DNA of 64,000 nt from a bacterium (GTDB lineage: Bacteria > RBG-13-61-14 > DATKZS01), in the NCBI GenBank assembly GCA_963674965.2, contig CAXXFL010000003.1, positions 384,001 to 448,000 on the forward strand, in the 5' to 3' direction. Shown in pieces: positions 1-10,106 of the stretch (position 1 is its first letter; each line of letters opens with the position of its first letter). A program made the translations under genes and the position numbers. The notes beneath the pieces are model-generated. The model did not search any database and was not told the DNA's origin. It saw nothing but the letters and a program-made list of their open reading frames with translations.

Positions 1-100
1 GGGCCGCGTCATGTAAAGTCCTTTTAATTGCCCCGCCAGGGGCGCGGGATATATAATGGCGCGGTGCTTTAATCGAGCAATCTTGGAGGGAGGAAGTATC

Positions 101-2515
101 ATGAAAAGGATTTTTTTCGCCGCCCTGGTCCTTATCCTGGCCTCGGCGTCCTGCGTTCTGAGGGGGACCCGGCACGAGACGCTAAATGGAAATCTGTCGG
201 GCCACGCCTTGGCCGCCCCGGCGGCCATCGTTTACGACGAGCACGGGGTCCCGCACATCACGGCCGAGAACGAGCCGGACCTTTTTTACGCGCTGGGTTA
301 CGCCCAGGCCCAGGACCGTTTCTTTTACATGGACCTGATGCGGAACGCGGGCCGGGGCCAGATCACCAACGTGCTGGGAAGGCCTTTCAGGTACAAGTCC
401 TACGACCTCCTGACCATGGATCGCTCGGTCAAGGCCCTGGACTTCGAGGGCCGGGCGAAAGAGGGAGTCGAGTCGCTCGACCCCGAGTCGAGGGAGATAC
501 TCGAGTCCTACGTCCGGGGCGTGAACCGCTACCTGGATGACGCGGGCAAGGACATACCCGAGTACAAGGCCATGGGCAAGCGTCCCGAGCGCTGGTCCAT
601 GGAGGACAGCTTCGTGGTCATGGACCTTTACGGCCTGAGCATGACGGCATACAGCCTTTTTTACGAGTATTACGGCGCGCGCCTGGTGGCCCAGGTTGGT
701 CCGGAGAAGGCCCGCATATTCAACCACGCCTACCCAAAGGACGCTCCCTACATCAACCAGGACAAGATCGAGGCCGTAAGCCGCCTCGAGCGTCTGGGCG
801 ACGGTCTGGGCGTCCTGGCCTCGATGGCGCCCATGTTCGACTCGATCGGATCGAACAACTGGGTGGTGGACGGCCAGATGAGCGCCTCGGGCAAGCCCAT
901 TTTGGCCAACGACCCCCACGTGCCCACTCCCCTCGTGCCCACCTTCTGGTATCACGCCCACCTGAAGGCGGGCGGCCTGGACGCCGCGGGCATGATATTC
1001 TCGGGCATTCCACTGATGGGCGCGGGCACGAACGGCAAGGTGGCCTGGGGCATCACCAACGCCCGCTGCGACTACATCGACCTTTTCGTGGAGAAGCTGA
1101 ACCCGGCCAACCCGAACCAATACGAGTACAAGGGCGAGTACCGTGACTTCGAGATAGTGACCGACAAGATACCCGTGTTGAACGGACCCGACGTGAAGAT
1201 CAAGTACCGCCGCTCGGTGCACGGCCCCATCATCGAGGAGGCCATGACCGGCGTGAAGAACCCTCAGACGCCCGGCCAGGTATACAGCCTTCACCTGATC
1301 GACGTCGACTTCGGAAGGTTCTTCAAGGGATACCTGGCCATACCCAAAAGCTCGGACGCCGACTCCATGCACGAGGCGGTCAGGGACATGGGCATGGGCC
1401 CGGTGGCGTGGAACACGGTCTTCGCGACGGTGAGCGGCGACATAGGCTACCTCTATTCCGGCCACGCGCCCAAGCGGCCGGACAACGACGGCATGCTGCC
1501 GCGTCCGGGCACGGGAGAGGCGGACTACGAGGGGCTTATTCCCTTTGACGAGCTTCCCCACGTCAAGAACCCCTCGAAGCATTTCATCGTGACGGCCAAC
1601 AACAAGGTGGAGGGGCCCGATTATCCTTATTACCTGAGCGCGGGTTATAACATACCCTCCCGCGCGCAAAGGATCACCGAGCTTCTGGCCGGGCGGACGG
1701 GTCTCACGCCCGACGACATGGGCGACGTTCAGATGGACGTGAAGGTCAAGTCGGCCGAGCGTTTCGCGCCCATATTCGTGGCCGACCTCGAGGGATCGGG
1801 CGACCCGGACCACGCCCTTTGCGCCGAGCTTCTCGAGGAATGGAAAAACCAGGACTACATGGCCGAGACGTCCTCCCGGGGGACCGGAGTTTACAAGCTC
1901 ATGATGTCCGGCGTGGCCAAAAGGACCTTCGCCGACGACCTGGGCAAGAAGCTCTACTCGAGCATGAGCATGGCCGACATGACCATGAACGCGCTATGGG
2001 AGATACTCGAGGACCCGGACAGCGACTGGTTCGACGACCGGACCACGCCGGCGCTCGAGACCAGAAAGGACGTGGTAAGGGCCGCGGCGGCCGATGCCGT
2101 CAAGAAGATGAAAAAGCTCCTGGGCAAGGACCCGGAGAAATGGGAATGGGGAGACCTGCACACTCTCTACCTTAAAACGCCCTACGGTTTCCTGCCATGG
2201 AACAAGAAGGCCGCCATCGGCAAGTTCCGCCATCGGGGCACCGAGGAGTGCGTGGCCAACGCCTCGTCCGTGTTCGTGGGCGCCATGGGCATCGGATACC
2301 TGGGAGTGGCCGGTCCCTCGAGCCGGATCATCGTGGACATGGCCGACCCGCGCCATCTCCGCTTCAACGCCACCACCGGCAACTCGGAGGACCCGAACTC
2401 GCCCATGTTCGACAACGTCACGCACGACTGGTTTTACGGGAGCTACCGGGTGGTGAGCCTGGATCGAGAGGAATACGAGAGGAACGCCATCGGGACCCTG
2501 ACGCTGTCGCCCTGA
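101..2515 (+). CDS. Penicillin acylase family Ntn-hydrolase (acylase/amidase), probably exported or a lipoprotein
   Basis: Motifs DEHGVPHI, LGYAQAQDR, GSNNWVV (catalytic Ser) and ILANDPH. Start set at ATG 101 (GGAGG SD), followed by a hydrophobic signal ending in Cys. Confidence 0.9.
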   Translation: MKRIFFAALVLILASASCVLRGTRHETLNGNLSGHALAAPAAIVYDEHGVPHITAENEPDLFYALGYAQAQDRFFYMDLMRNAGRGQITNVLGRPFRYKSYDLLTMDRSVKALDFEGRAKEGVESLDPESREILESYVRGVNRYLDDAGKDIPEYKAMGKRPERWSMEDSFVVMDLYGLSMTAYSLFYEYYGARLVAQVGPEKARIFNHAYPKDAPYINQDKIEAVSRLERLGDGLGVLASMAPMFDSIGSNNWVVDGQMSASGKPILANDPHVPTPLVPTFWYHAHLKAGGLDAAGMIFSGIPLMGAGTNGKVAWGITNARCDYIDLFVEKLNPANPNQYEYKGEYRDFEIVTDKIPVLNGPDVKIKYRRSVHGPIIEEAMTGVKNPQTPGQVYSLHLIDVDFGRFFKGYLAIPKSSDADSMHEAVRDMGMGPVAWNTVFATVSGDIGYLYSGHAPKRPDNDGMLPRPGTGEADYEGLIPFDELPHVKNPSKHFIVTANNKVEGPDYPYYLSAGYNIPSRAQRITELLAGRTGLTPDDMGDVQMDVKVKSAERFAPIFVADLEGSGDPDHALCAELLEEWKNQDYMAETSSRGTGVYKLMMSGVAKRTFADDLGKKLYSSMSMADMTMNALWEILEDPDSDWFDDRTTPALETRKDVVRAAAADAVKKMKKLLGKDPEKWEWGDLHTLYLKTPYGFLPWNKKAAIGKFRHRGTEECVANASSVFVGAMGIGYLGVAGPSSRIIVDMADPRHLRFNATTGNSEDPNSPMFDNVTHDWFYGSYRVVSLDREEYERNAIGTLTLSP

Positions 2516-2531
2516 CCCCTGAAAAAAGGAA

Positions 2532-2572
2532 ACGAAGGCCGCCGAGAGTCGCGTCGGCGGCCTTCGTCTTTT
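2532..2572. terminator. Probable bidirectional intrinsic terminator between convergent genes
   Basis: 14-bp perfect stem ACGAAGGCCGCCGA/TCGGCGGCCTTCGT flanked by A and T runs. Confidence 0.75.
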
Positions 2573-2593
2573 CCGTTGAACCTGGAGAGTTTT

Positions 2594-2992
2594 CTAGACT
2601 ATCTCGGTAAACTCGACCAGCATTCCTTTGCAGCTCTTGGGATGGATAAAGGCCATGACGCCCCCCATCTCGCCCTTGATGGTCAGTCCCTTGCTCTCGA
2701 AGTCCTCCTTCGAGGGCTTGTACTTGTCCACCTTGAGGGAGATGTGATGCAGGCCCTCGCCCTTCTCGGCCACGAACTTGCCCACCGGGCCAACGCCCTC
2801 CTGCGTGGGCTGCATCAGCTCGAAGGCCAGGCTGCCCACCTTGACCACGGCCGATATGTGAAGGCCGAAGTTCATCTTGCCGTCCTTGGCCTTCGAGGTA
2901 TCGAGCTCGGCCCCGAAGACGTCCTGGAAAAACTTGATGCCCTCGTCAATGTTCTTGACCGCCACTCCCACGTGCGCGAGTCCTTCAATCAT
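2594..2992 (-). CDS. VOC family protein, methylmalonyl-CoA epimerase-like
   Basis: HVGVAV, FELMQP, GEGLHHISL, FIHPKSCKGMLVEF. Start at ATG 2992 after AAGGAG. Confidence 0.8.
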   Translation of the reverse strand: MIEGLAHVGVAVKNIDEGIKFFQDVFGAELDTSKAKDGKMNFGLHISAVVKVGSLAFELMQPTQEGVGPVGKFVAEKGEGLHHISLKVDKYKPSKEDFESKGLTIKGEMGGVMAFIHPKSCKGMLVEFTEIV

Positions 2993-3066
2993 TTTATTAC
3001 TCCTTGTCGAGGACGCCCGGCTTGAATGGCGGGCGTCCCGCGTTTGTTTGCCCGAGGGACCTCGCC

Positions 3067-4299
3067 TCAGACGGACTTCACCACGGTGGCGATCCCGACG
3101 CCGCCGCCGCCGCAAAGCATCTGGACCCCGGCCTTTCCCTTGATCCTGTGAAGATGCCTGCACATCTCGCCGAAATAAACCACGCCCGAGGCCCCGATGG
3201 GATGTCCCAGCGCCACGGCACCGCCGGTGGGATTGACCCTCTCGTCCATCCTGTCGTAGCCCAGGTCGTCGGCGAACTGGAGAAGGGGAGAGACGAAAGC
3301 CTCGTTGGGCTCGATCACGTCCACGTCGTCGATGGTTATCCCGGCCCGTTTCAGCGCCTTCTGAGTGGCGGGGATGGGGGCGAGGAGCATGGGCACCGGC
3401 TCGCCGCCGCTGACCGCGCAGGAGGCCACCTTGCAAAGGGGCTCGAGACCGAGCTGCTCGGCCTTGTCCGCGCTCATGAGCATGACCGCCGCGGCGCCGT
3501 CCACGATCTGGGAGCTGTTGCCGGCGGTCACGATGCCGTCCTTTTGGAAGGGCGTGGGCAGGCGGCCGATGTCGGTGAAAAATCCCTCGGGATCGTCCGC
3601 CGCCTTCGGGCGCAGGACCTCGTCCTTGTCAACCATCTTGGTCTCGCCCCTCCACTTGAACTCGAAGGGGATGATGTTGTCGAACCAGCCCTTGCGCTGG
3701 GCCTCGACCGCCTTCTTCATGCTCCAGGCCCCGAACCGGTCCAGGTCCTCGCGCGAGTGTCCCTGGTCCTTCGAGATCATTTCCGCGCACTGGCCCTGGG
3801 GCACGAACATCTTGGTCTCCATCATCCGGGACGACATGCGCACGGGATACTTGGCGTCCATGGCCACCCGGGCGTCCGAGCCCATGCCGTAGTGGCTCAT
3901 GATCTCGACGCCGGCGCAGACCATCACGTCGCCCTCCCCGAGCATGATCTCGTGGGCCGCGATGTTGATGGCCTTGAGACCCGCGTTGCAGTACTGGTTC
4001 ACCGTGCAGGCCGCCGCCTCCTCGGGAATCTTGGCCAGCAAGGAGGCCACCCGGCCGATGTTGAGACCCTGCTCCCCGATCTGGGAAAGGCATCCCACCA
4101 CCACGTCCTCGATGTCCATGGGGTCGAACTTGTCCGACTTGGCCTTCACCCGGTCAAGAAGTCCAATAAGGGTGTTGGCCAGAAGGTCCTGGGCCGAGGC
4201 CTGGCAGAGCTGGCCGTTCTTCTCCATGCCTTTCCAGCCCGATTTGCCTATCGCCGAGCGCACGCAATCGACGACCACGCATTCCTTAAGTGTTGCCAT
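3067..4299 (-). CDS. Thiolase (acetyl-CoA C-acyltransferase)
   Basis: TVNQYC, NEAF, GGAVALGHPIGASG and MLCGGGG thiolase motifs. Start MATLKEC at 4299. Confidence 0.93.
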   Translation of the reverse strand: MATLKECVVVDCVRSAIGKSGWKGMEKNGQLCQASAQDLLANTLIGLLDRVKAKSDKFDPMDIEDVVVGCLSQIGEQGLNIGRVASLLAKIPEEAAACTVNQYCNAGLKAINIAAHEIMLGEGDVMVCAGVEIMSHYGMGSDARVAMDAKYPVRMSSRMMETKMFVPQGQCAEMISKDQGHSREDLDRFGAWSMKKAVEAQRKGWFDNIIPFEFKWRGETKMVDKDEVLRPKAADDPEGFFTDIGRLPTPFQKDGIVTAGNSSQIVDGAAAVMLMSADKAEQLGLEPLCKVASCAVSGGEPVPMLLAPIPATQKALKRAGITIDDVDVIEPNEAFVSPLLQFADDLGYDRMDERVNPTGGAVALGHPIGASGVVYFGEMCRHLHRIKGKAGVQMLCGGGGVGIATVVKSV

Positions 4300-4334
4300 G
4301 TCAGCTTCTCCTTGGCTTGTTCCGGCCGGGAGCC

Positions 4335-5588
4335 TCAGCCCAGAAGGCCGAGCTCGCTCCTGGCGCAGGTGAGCATGTTGATGTCCGTGGTCCCGGCGCC
4401 CAGCTCGAGCAGCTTGGCGTCGCGGTACATCTTCTCGATGGGGTACTCCCTCATGTAGCCGTAGCCGCCGAAAATCTGCAGCGCCTCGTTGGCGACCTCG
4501 ACGGCGGCGGTGGAGGAGTAGGCCTTGCAGCCGTTCACGTAGCTGGCGTCGCTTACCCCGTTCTTCTGCATCCACGCGATCCTGTAGACCATGTTCTCCA
4601 CGTTCTTGAGATGCATGTACATGCGGTAAATCTTGAGCTGCGTGGCCTGGAACTCCGCGATGGGACGGCCGAACTGGACCCTCTCCTTGGCGTACTTCAC
4701 CGACTCGTCGTAGCAGCGCTCGATGATCCCCCAGCACATGGCCGGCACGCCCGACCGCTCGTTGCCCAGGCTCTGCTTGGTCGCCTGGCGGCCGCCCTTC
4801 TTTTCCTCCGACTCACCCAGAAGGTTCTTGAGCGGGACCTTGACGTCCTCCATGAAAACCTCCGAGGTGGGCGAGTCCTTCATGCCCATCTTGTGGAAGG
4901 GCGTTCCCGTGCTCAGGCCCTCCATCCCCTTCTCGAGAACGAAGGTGTGGACGGCCCTGTCCTCGGGAGGCTCGCCCTTGTCCAGCTTGGCGTAAACTAT
5001 GAAGTAGTCCGCCACCGGGCCGTTGGTGATGAACGTCTTGGTGCCGTTCAGTATATAATTGCCGTTCCCGTCGGGCTTGGCCTTGCTCTTCATGCTGCCA
5101 AAGGCGTCCGATCCCGCGCCCGGCTCGGTCAAGCACCAGGCCCCTATCTTCTGGAGCGTCATCAGAGGGATGCCGAACTCCCGTATCTGGTTGCCCGTGC
5201 CCTTGGAAACCACCGCGCCGCCGGCCAGGCCCGCGCTCACGCCGAAGCTCATGGCCAGGCCCGGGCTGACCCGAGACAACTCCTTGACCATGATCATCAT
5301 GATCATGGGGTCGCCGCCCATGCCGCCCGCGTCCTCGTCCGCGCCCTCGGCCATGATCTTGGCCAGGTCGCCGCCCTCGTCCTTGGCCTCGTCCCGCTTC
5401 TTGGCCACCTTCTCCAGGGCCGGCTTTATCATCATCTCGCCGCCAAGCATCTTGAACATCTTGCTGGCCAGCTCGTACCAGGACTTCTCGCCGTCTTCCA
5501 TGGCCTCGACGTGAGGCTGGATTTCCTTGGTCACGTACTGGCGAAGCATGGTTTGTATCATCTTCTGAGGCTCGGTCATAGTAAACAT
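4335..5588 (-). CDS. Acyl-CoA dehydrogenase
   Basis: LTEPGAGSDA, LNGTKTFITNG, KMGM, RVQFGRPI, QIFGGYGY. Confidence 0.93.
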   Translation of the reverse strand: MFTMTEPQKMIQTMLRQYVTKEIQPHVEAMEDGEKSWYELASKMFKMLGGEMMIKPALEKVAKKRDEAKDEGGDLAKIMAEGADEDAGGMGGDPMIMMIMVKELSRVSPGLAMSFGVSAGLAGGAVVSKGTGNQIREFGIPLMTLQKIGAWCLTEPGAGSDAFGSMKSKAKPDGNGNYILNGTKTFITNGPVADYFIVYAKLDKGEPPEDRAVHTFVLEKGMEGLSTGTPFHKMGMKDSPTSEVFMEDVKVPLKNLLGESEEKKGGRQATKQSLGNERSGVPAMCWGIIERCYDESVKYAKERVQFGRPIAEFQATQLKIYRMYMHLKNVENMVYRIAWMQKNGVSDASYVNGCKAYSSTAAVEVANEALQIFGGYGYMREYPIEKMYRDAKLLELGAGTTDINMLTCARSELGLLG

Positions 5589-5707
5589 GTTTTTCCTCCA
5601 CCCCTTGGCCCCGTTTCCGGCCAGGGGCCGAAGACGGTTAATAACTGCGAGGCGGGGAGAACCGTGAACGGCCCTCCCCGCGAGTTGAGCTTGATTGGAG
5701 CGCCGCC

Positions 5708-6148
5708 TTACATAGCCGGCAACACGCCCTGAATCTGCATGAGCAGGGAAAGATCGCCCGCGATCTGAATCTTGCCGCCCATGAAAGCCGCCTGGGGGTT
5801 GGTCTCGCCAGAGGTGAGTTCCTTCCAGGTGTCCACGTCGAGGGTAACCGTCGCCGTGGCGTCGTCCTTCTGACCCTCCTCGACGTTGATCTTGCCGCCG
5901 GAGAAGTTCAGAACGTATGCGCCGCCGCCGTCGCCCTCGATCACCCAGCAAATGCTCCCCTCAATGCCCGCGAGCTGGGAAGCCGTGGCCGGGTCGGCCT
6001 CGATCCCCCAGGGGATGGCGATCATGAAAGCCTGCCGCGGGCTCGCTCCCTTCATCGCGTCGCGAAGAGCGTCCTGGTTGCCGGCCCCGATTCCCTTGAG
6101 TACCTCGACGACCTGATCGTCGGACATGTCCGGAGTAACTTGTGCCAT
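5708..6148 (-). CDS. SCP2 sterol/lipid-binding domain protein
   Basis: C-terminal NPQAAFMGGKIQIAGDL motif; strong SD (GGAGG). Confidence 0.85.
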   Translation of the reverse strand: MAQVTPDMSDDQVVEVLKGIGAGNQDALRDAMKGASPRQAFMIAIPWGIEADPATASQLAGIEGSICWVIEGDGGGAYVLNFSGGKINVEEGQKDDATATVTLDVDTWKELTSGETNPQAAFMGGKIQIAGDLSLLMQIQGVLPAM

Positions 6149-6214
6149 GATTTTATCCTCCCTTTTTTTGGTTTATTCCGTGATATTCCCGTGGACCCCT
6201 AAGTCCGAGAACGT

Positions 6215-6242
6215 AATATATCAAATGTTATCTGGAAGTCAA
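6215..6242 (-). promoter_or_regulatory. Sigma70-like promoter for the SCP2-ACAD-thiolase-VOC operon
   Basis: Minus strand reads TTGACT-16 nt-TATATT with an extended TG, in AT-rich intergenic DNA. Confidence 0.45.
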
Positions 6243-6568
6243 CTAAAAAATTAAAAAAATTTTATCCAAATGGAAAAACAAGGAATTACAAACGTTACGG
6301 CCTAACGGAAGCCTTTGATAAATAAAGTTAATTTAATGAAACGCCATAAGAATTCCAAGGCGGCGCCTTAGCCCGAAAATGCGGCATGGCAAGCCTTGCA
6401 AATAACGCCGGCGATGAATGTTATCTCTCAAAGTCCCGCCCGATAAGGCAGACAAAATTTCCGACAACCAACTAAAAACGTATACCCTCCAGCCGACCCG
6501 AACATGCTGATCCAACGACCTTTGACAAGAGAACAAACCCAGTGGAAAAGGTTAAATCGCGGACCCTA

Positions 6569-7648
6569 TCACGTCCTTGCGGGATTGAGATTTCTCGCCG
6601 TTTCCATGGTCCGTGAAACCAGATCGGACAGTTCAAGCTCTCCCACTCCCGCCAGGGTGACGGCCACCTTGCCTTGCCACGGGTCGGTCCACTTCGCGGG
6701 AATGTCCCTGTCCGACAGGCCCCAGAGGCCGCCCACCGTGGCGCCGTTACAGTCGGTGTCCCATCCCATGGCCACCACCTCCCCGATGGCGGCGCCAAAG
6801 TCCTCGGGAAAGGAACAAACGCTCCAGACCGAGGCCGCCAGGTTGTTGAGGGTATGGGCGGGGCTCAGGTCCGCGTATTTTTCGATAAGCCTCTCGGCCG
6901 CGTCGTCCTTCCCCGCGAGGGAAAGACCGGTCCTGACCGCCTCCGCCGCGCCCGAGGATGAGGGTATCTCGGAGAGGGCGACCTTGGCCGCTTCCTCCAT
7001 CGAGTCCGTCGCCGGTATGGCCGCGGCCATGGCCGCCACGAAGGCCGCGCCGTGGACCCCGTCGCCCCGGTGGGAAAAGCAGGCGTCGCGCCGCGCCAGG
7101 TCCGCCGCCAGGTGAGGGTCGCCCGGACGGACCCACCCGTACATATCCGCCCTTATCTGCGCCCCGATCCACTCGTTAAAGGGGTTGTCCGAGCACCTTA
7201 TCACGTCGACTCCAGGAGGCATGGCGACGAAGACCTCGTCCCCCACCATGGAAAGCAGCGTCCGGTAGGCCTCCTTCTCCGCCGTGAAGACCTGGGCCGC
7301 GGGCAGCGTCTTGAGCCAGGTCCGGCCCACCTTGCCCGCGTCGAGATCCAGCCCGTGCTCCTCCAGCATCAGCAGGGCCAGCACCGTATAGTTAATATCG
7401 TCGTCCGGCTCGAAGCGCTCGATATGACCCTTGCACGTTTTCACGCCCAAAAGGTTGACCAAAGGATCGTCGCCCGCCGGAACGTAATCGCGAAGAGGCA
7501 GGGCCCCCACTTTCTCCAGATACTCGAGCAAGGCCCCCCGCCCCTTCAGCATGGATAAAAGCTCGACCGGCTTGCCCAAAAGACAGCCGCTCACCCGACC
7601 TTGCCAGGCCCCCAGAATCCGCCTCTCCTCGACCTCAAGCGCGACCAT
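6569..7648 (-). CDS. ADP-ribosylglycohydrolase family protein
   Basis: DDDINYT, NEWIGAQIRAD and GWDTDCNGATVG motifs. Confidence 0.88.
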   Translation of the reverse strand: MVALEVEERRILGAWQGRVSGCLLGKPVELLSMLKGRGALLEYLEKVGALPLRDYVPAGDDPLVNLLGVKTCKGHIERFEPDDDINYTVLALLMLEEHGLDLDAGKVGRTWLKTLPAAQVFTAEKEAYRTLLSMVGDEVFVAMPPGVDVIRCSDNPFNEWIGAQIRADMYGWVRPGDPHLAADLARRDACFSHRGDGVHGAAFVAAMAAAIPATDSMEEAAKVALSEIPSSSGAAEAVRTGLSLAGKDDAAERLIEKYADLSPAHTLNNLAASVWSVCSFPEDFGAAIGEVVAMGWDTDCNGATVGGLWGLSDRDIPAKWTDPWQGKVAVTLAGVGELELSDLVSRTMETARNLNPART

Positions 7649-7987
7649 GCCCTCCTCCCTTCAGCGCCCGCGAAAAACGAGCGTCAAGCGCATTATACCA
7701 ACTCAGGCGCGCCTCTCATATATTAAGAACAAGAAATCCGGACGCGCCCGAAACCGCCCCTACTCAAGCATAGGCCAGGGGCAAGTTTATTTTTTGTCTA
7801 TCCTGCTTCTTGGCCTAATTCTATTTTCAGTCCCACCGGCCATTTACCGCCAGGACGGAATCGCCGATCATCGTATCTCTCTCGCTTGGGAGGATTTTCC
7901 TTGGGTCGCCGATTATTGTTATACTCCTCGTATGCAGAATAAATTAAAGAAGGTTTTCTATAATATTCTTTGCCCGGACGAACGGAT

Positions 7988-8923
7988 ATGAAAAGAGTAT
8001 TAGCCTTATGTCTCCTATCTCTTATTTCAATGTCCGCCTGCTCCGGGCCGAAAAAGAATTATGACGCTTATTATGACTTTCTTTCGGTGGAGGCCGAGGA
8101 GAAAAGGTTGGCCGCGCTGGGGGTCGTTTTCACCGAGGAGGGGGACGCCGCCGACGGGTATATGCCCTATTTGAACGGCCAGGCCCAAATAACGCAGATG
8201 AACTGGTTTGCCAATTATTATGGCGACGCGGAAAAACAGGCCGTCGCCGTTAACCTGGCAACCGAGGACCTTGATATTCTTGTGCAGGAAAGCCGGAAAA
8301 AGGAATGCAATATATGGGGAAAGAACTTCTTCCCCAATCAGTCCAAGACCCACTTTCAAGATTCCCCTGGGCCTTCATCAGAATTCCGCCGCCTTATTGC
8401 TTTTCTAATGACCAGAGGAGAGTACCTTTTTAACAATGGAGAATATGAAAAGGGAAAAGAGCAATTTTTCGCCGTCTATAGAATTTTGCATCACTTTGAA
8501 AAGGAGCCCTCTTACTACTATTTTCAATATGGATTTGAGACGAAAATATTCTATTCTGAACGATTTATCCGTCTTCTGGAGCAGTTCGGATTAATAAGAG
8601 AAGCCGAGCTATGGAAAAAATACTTGAAGACCTCTTATAGAAGAGTTCCCTTTTTCAATGAAATCTTTCAGGAATCCGCCTCTTTTGACGAGGATGAATT
8701 GTTTCTATTAGTGGAAAATGAAGATTTTCCAAAAGCGATCAAGCTCCAAATTCTAACCTATCGATATTACGGTCTGTATTCTAAAGCCGACTATTACCGG
8801 TGCTCCGCCATCGGTCCACCAGGTTACGTGAAGGAGGCCATGGAGGCTTTCGCCAAACAAAGCGAGTTGAACGAAATGTTCATTCAACAACTTAAGGCCC
8901 ATGAAGTGGAACACCCCTGGTGA
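7988..8923 (+). CDS. Hypothetical lipoprotein, low GC (probably acquired)
   Basis: MKRVLALCLLSLISMSAC lipobox-like signal; AT-rich codon usage compared with neighbours. Confidence 0.7.
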   Translation: MKRVLALCLLSLISMSACSGPKKNYDAYYDFLSVEAEEKRLAALGVVFTEEGDAADGYMPYLNGQAQITQMNWFANYYGDAEKQAVAVNLATEDLDILVQESRKKECNIWGKNFFPNQSKTHFQDSPGPSSEFRRLIAFLMTRGEYLFNNGEYEKGKEQFFAVYRILHHFEKEPSYYYFQYGFETKIFYSERFIRLLEQFGLIREAELWKKYLKTSYRRVPFFNEIFQESASFDEDELFLLVENEDFPKAIKLQILTYRYYGLYSKADYYRCSAIGPPGYVKEAMEAFAKQSELNEMFIQQLKAHEVEHPW

Positions 8924-9019
8924 TTTTTCTCCATGACCGTCGCCAACCGGCCGCGAGCCGTCTATAATCTTTATGCGCGGCTATTCCGACTTCAGCGCCG
9001 GCGTTTTAAGGAGGCTTAA

Positions 9020-9721
9020 ATGACGAAAGGCGGTTTCGACGGTTTTCCCAGGGAGACGGTGAGCTTTTTATCCGAGCTGGCGAAAAACAACGACAAGGCC
9101 TGGTTCGAGGAGAGGAAAGGCGACTACGAGCAGGAGGTGCTCGAGCCGGCGCGGGCCTTCGTGGCGGCCATGGGCGAGCGTCTTAAGAAAATCTCGCAAG
9201 GGGTGGTGGCCGACCCCAGGCGGGACAAGTCCATATTCCGAATTTACCGCGACGTCCGGTTCGGCAAGGACAAGCGTCCCTACAAGACCCACCTGGGCAT
9301 ATTCTTCTGGGAGGGCAAGGCCAAGAAGATGGAGTGCCCGGGCTTTTACTTCCACCTCGAGCCCCCGAATTTGACGCTGGGCGCGGGCCTTTACATGTTC
9401 TCGCCCGCCCAGCTCTCGGCCTATCGCGAGTCCGCCGTGCATCCACGCCGCGGGCGGGAACTGGCCAAAGCCGCGGCGGCCGTCCGCAAAAGCGGTCCCT
9501 ATGAAATAGGCGTCCAGCGCTATAAAAGGGTCCCCCGCGGCTACGACAAGGACCACGAGAACGCCGAGTTTCTGACCTTCGGCGGCCTCACGGCCATGGT
9601 GGAGGCGCCCATCCCCAAGGAGCTTTACTCGGAAGCCGTTCTGGACTATTGTTTTGCCAGATGGAAACACATGGCCCCCATCCATAAATGGCTTTTGGCC
9701 ATGAACGAAAGAGTGAAGTGA
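9020..9721 (+). CDS. DUF2461 family protein
   Basis: NNDKAWFE, SIFRIYRDVRFGKDKRPYKTH, LKRVPRGY-like motif. Confidence 0.88.
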   Translation: MTKGGFDGFPRETVSFLSELAKNNDKAWFEERKGDYEQEVLEPARAFVAAMGERLKKISQGVVADPRRDKSIFRIYRDVRFGKDKRPYKTHLGIFFWEGKAKKMECPGFYFHLEPPNLTLGAGLYMFSPAQLSAYRESAVHPRRGRELAKAAAAVRKSGPYEIGVQRYKRVPRGYDKDHENAEFLTFGGLTAMVEAPIPKELYSEAVLDYCFARWKHMAPIHKWLLAMNERVK

Positions 9722-9759
9722 GGCGGGCCTGAATCATCCCGCTCTACTGGAGGAAAAAA

Positions 9760-10092
9760 ATGGCGGTAAGCTGCCCCAAGGAATTCATGGAGGAGGTCCT
9801 TCCCTCGAAGCTCTCGGACCCGGATAAGCTCAAGGGTATCGAGGTGACCGTGCAGTTTTACATCACCGGCGACGACGGAGGCAACTGGATACTCGAGATC
9901 AAGGACCAGAAGGCCGAGGTCCGGACCGGCGAGATCGACAAGCCGAGCATCACCATCAAGATGAAGGACAAGAATTACGTCAAGCTGGTGAACGGGGAAC
10001 TCTCGGGCCAGAAGGCCTTCATGACCGGCAAGCTCAAGTTCAAGGGCGATATGTCCAGCGGCCTCAAGCTCCAGAAGCTGGGCATCATCTAA
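9760..10092 (+). CDS. SCP2 sterol/lipid-binding domain protein
   Basis: QFYITGDDGGNW ... GQKAFMTGKLKFKGD. Confidence 0.88.
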   Translation: MAVSCPKEFMEEVLPSKLSDPDKLKGIEVTVQFYITGDDGGNWILEIKDQKAEVRTGEIDKPSITIKMKDKNYVKLVNGELSGQKAFMTGKLKFKGDMSSGLKLQKLGII

Positions 10093-10106
10093 GGGACAAC
10101 CCCGGA

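Noticed and set aside
6569-8923. ADP-ribosylglycohydrolase plus neighbouring low-GC ORF as a toxin-antitoxin pair
   Set aside because: The genes are divergent, and the neighbour is a lipoprotein-like protein with no ADP-ribosyltransferase motifs.
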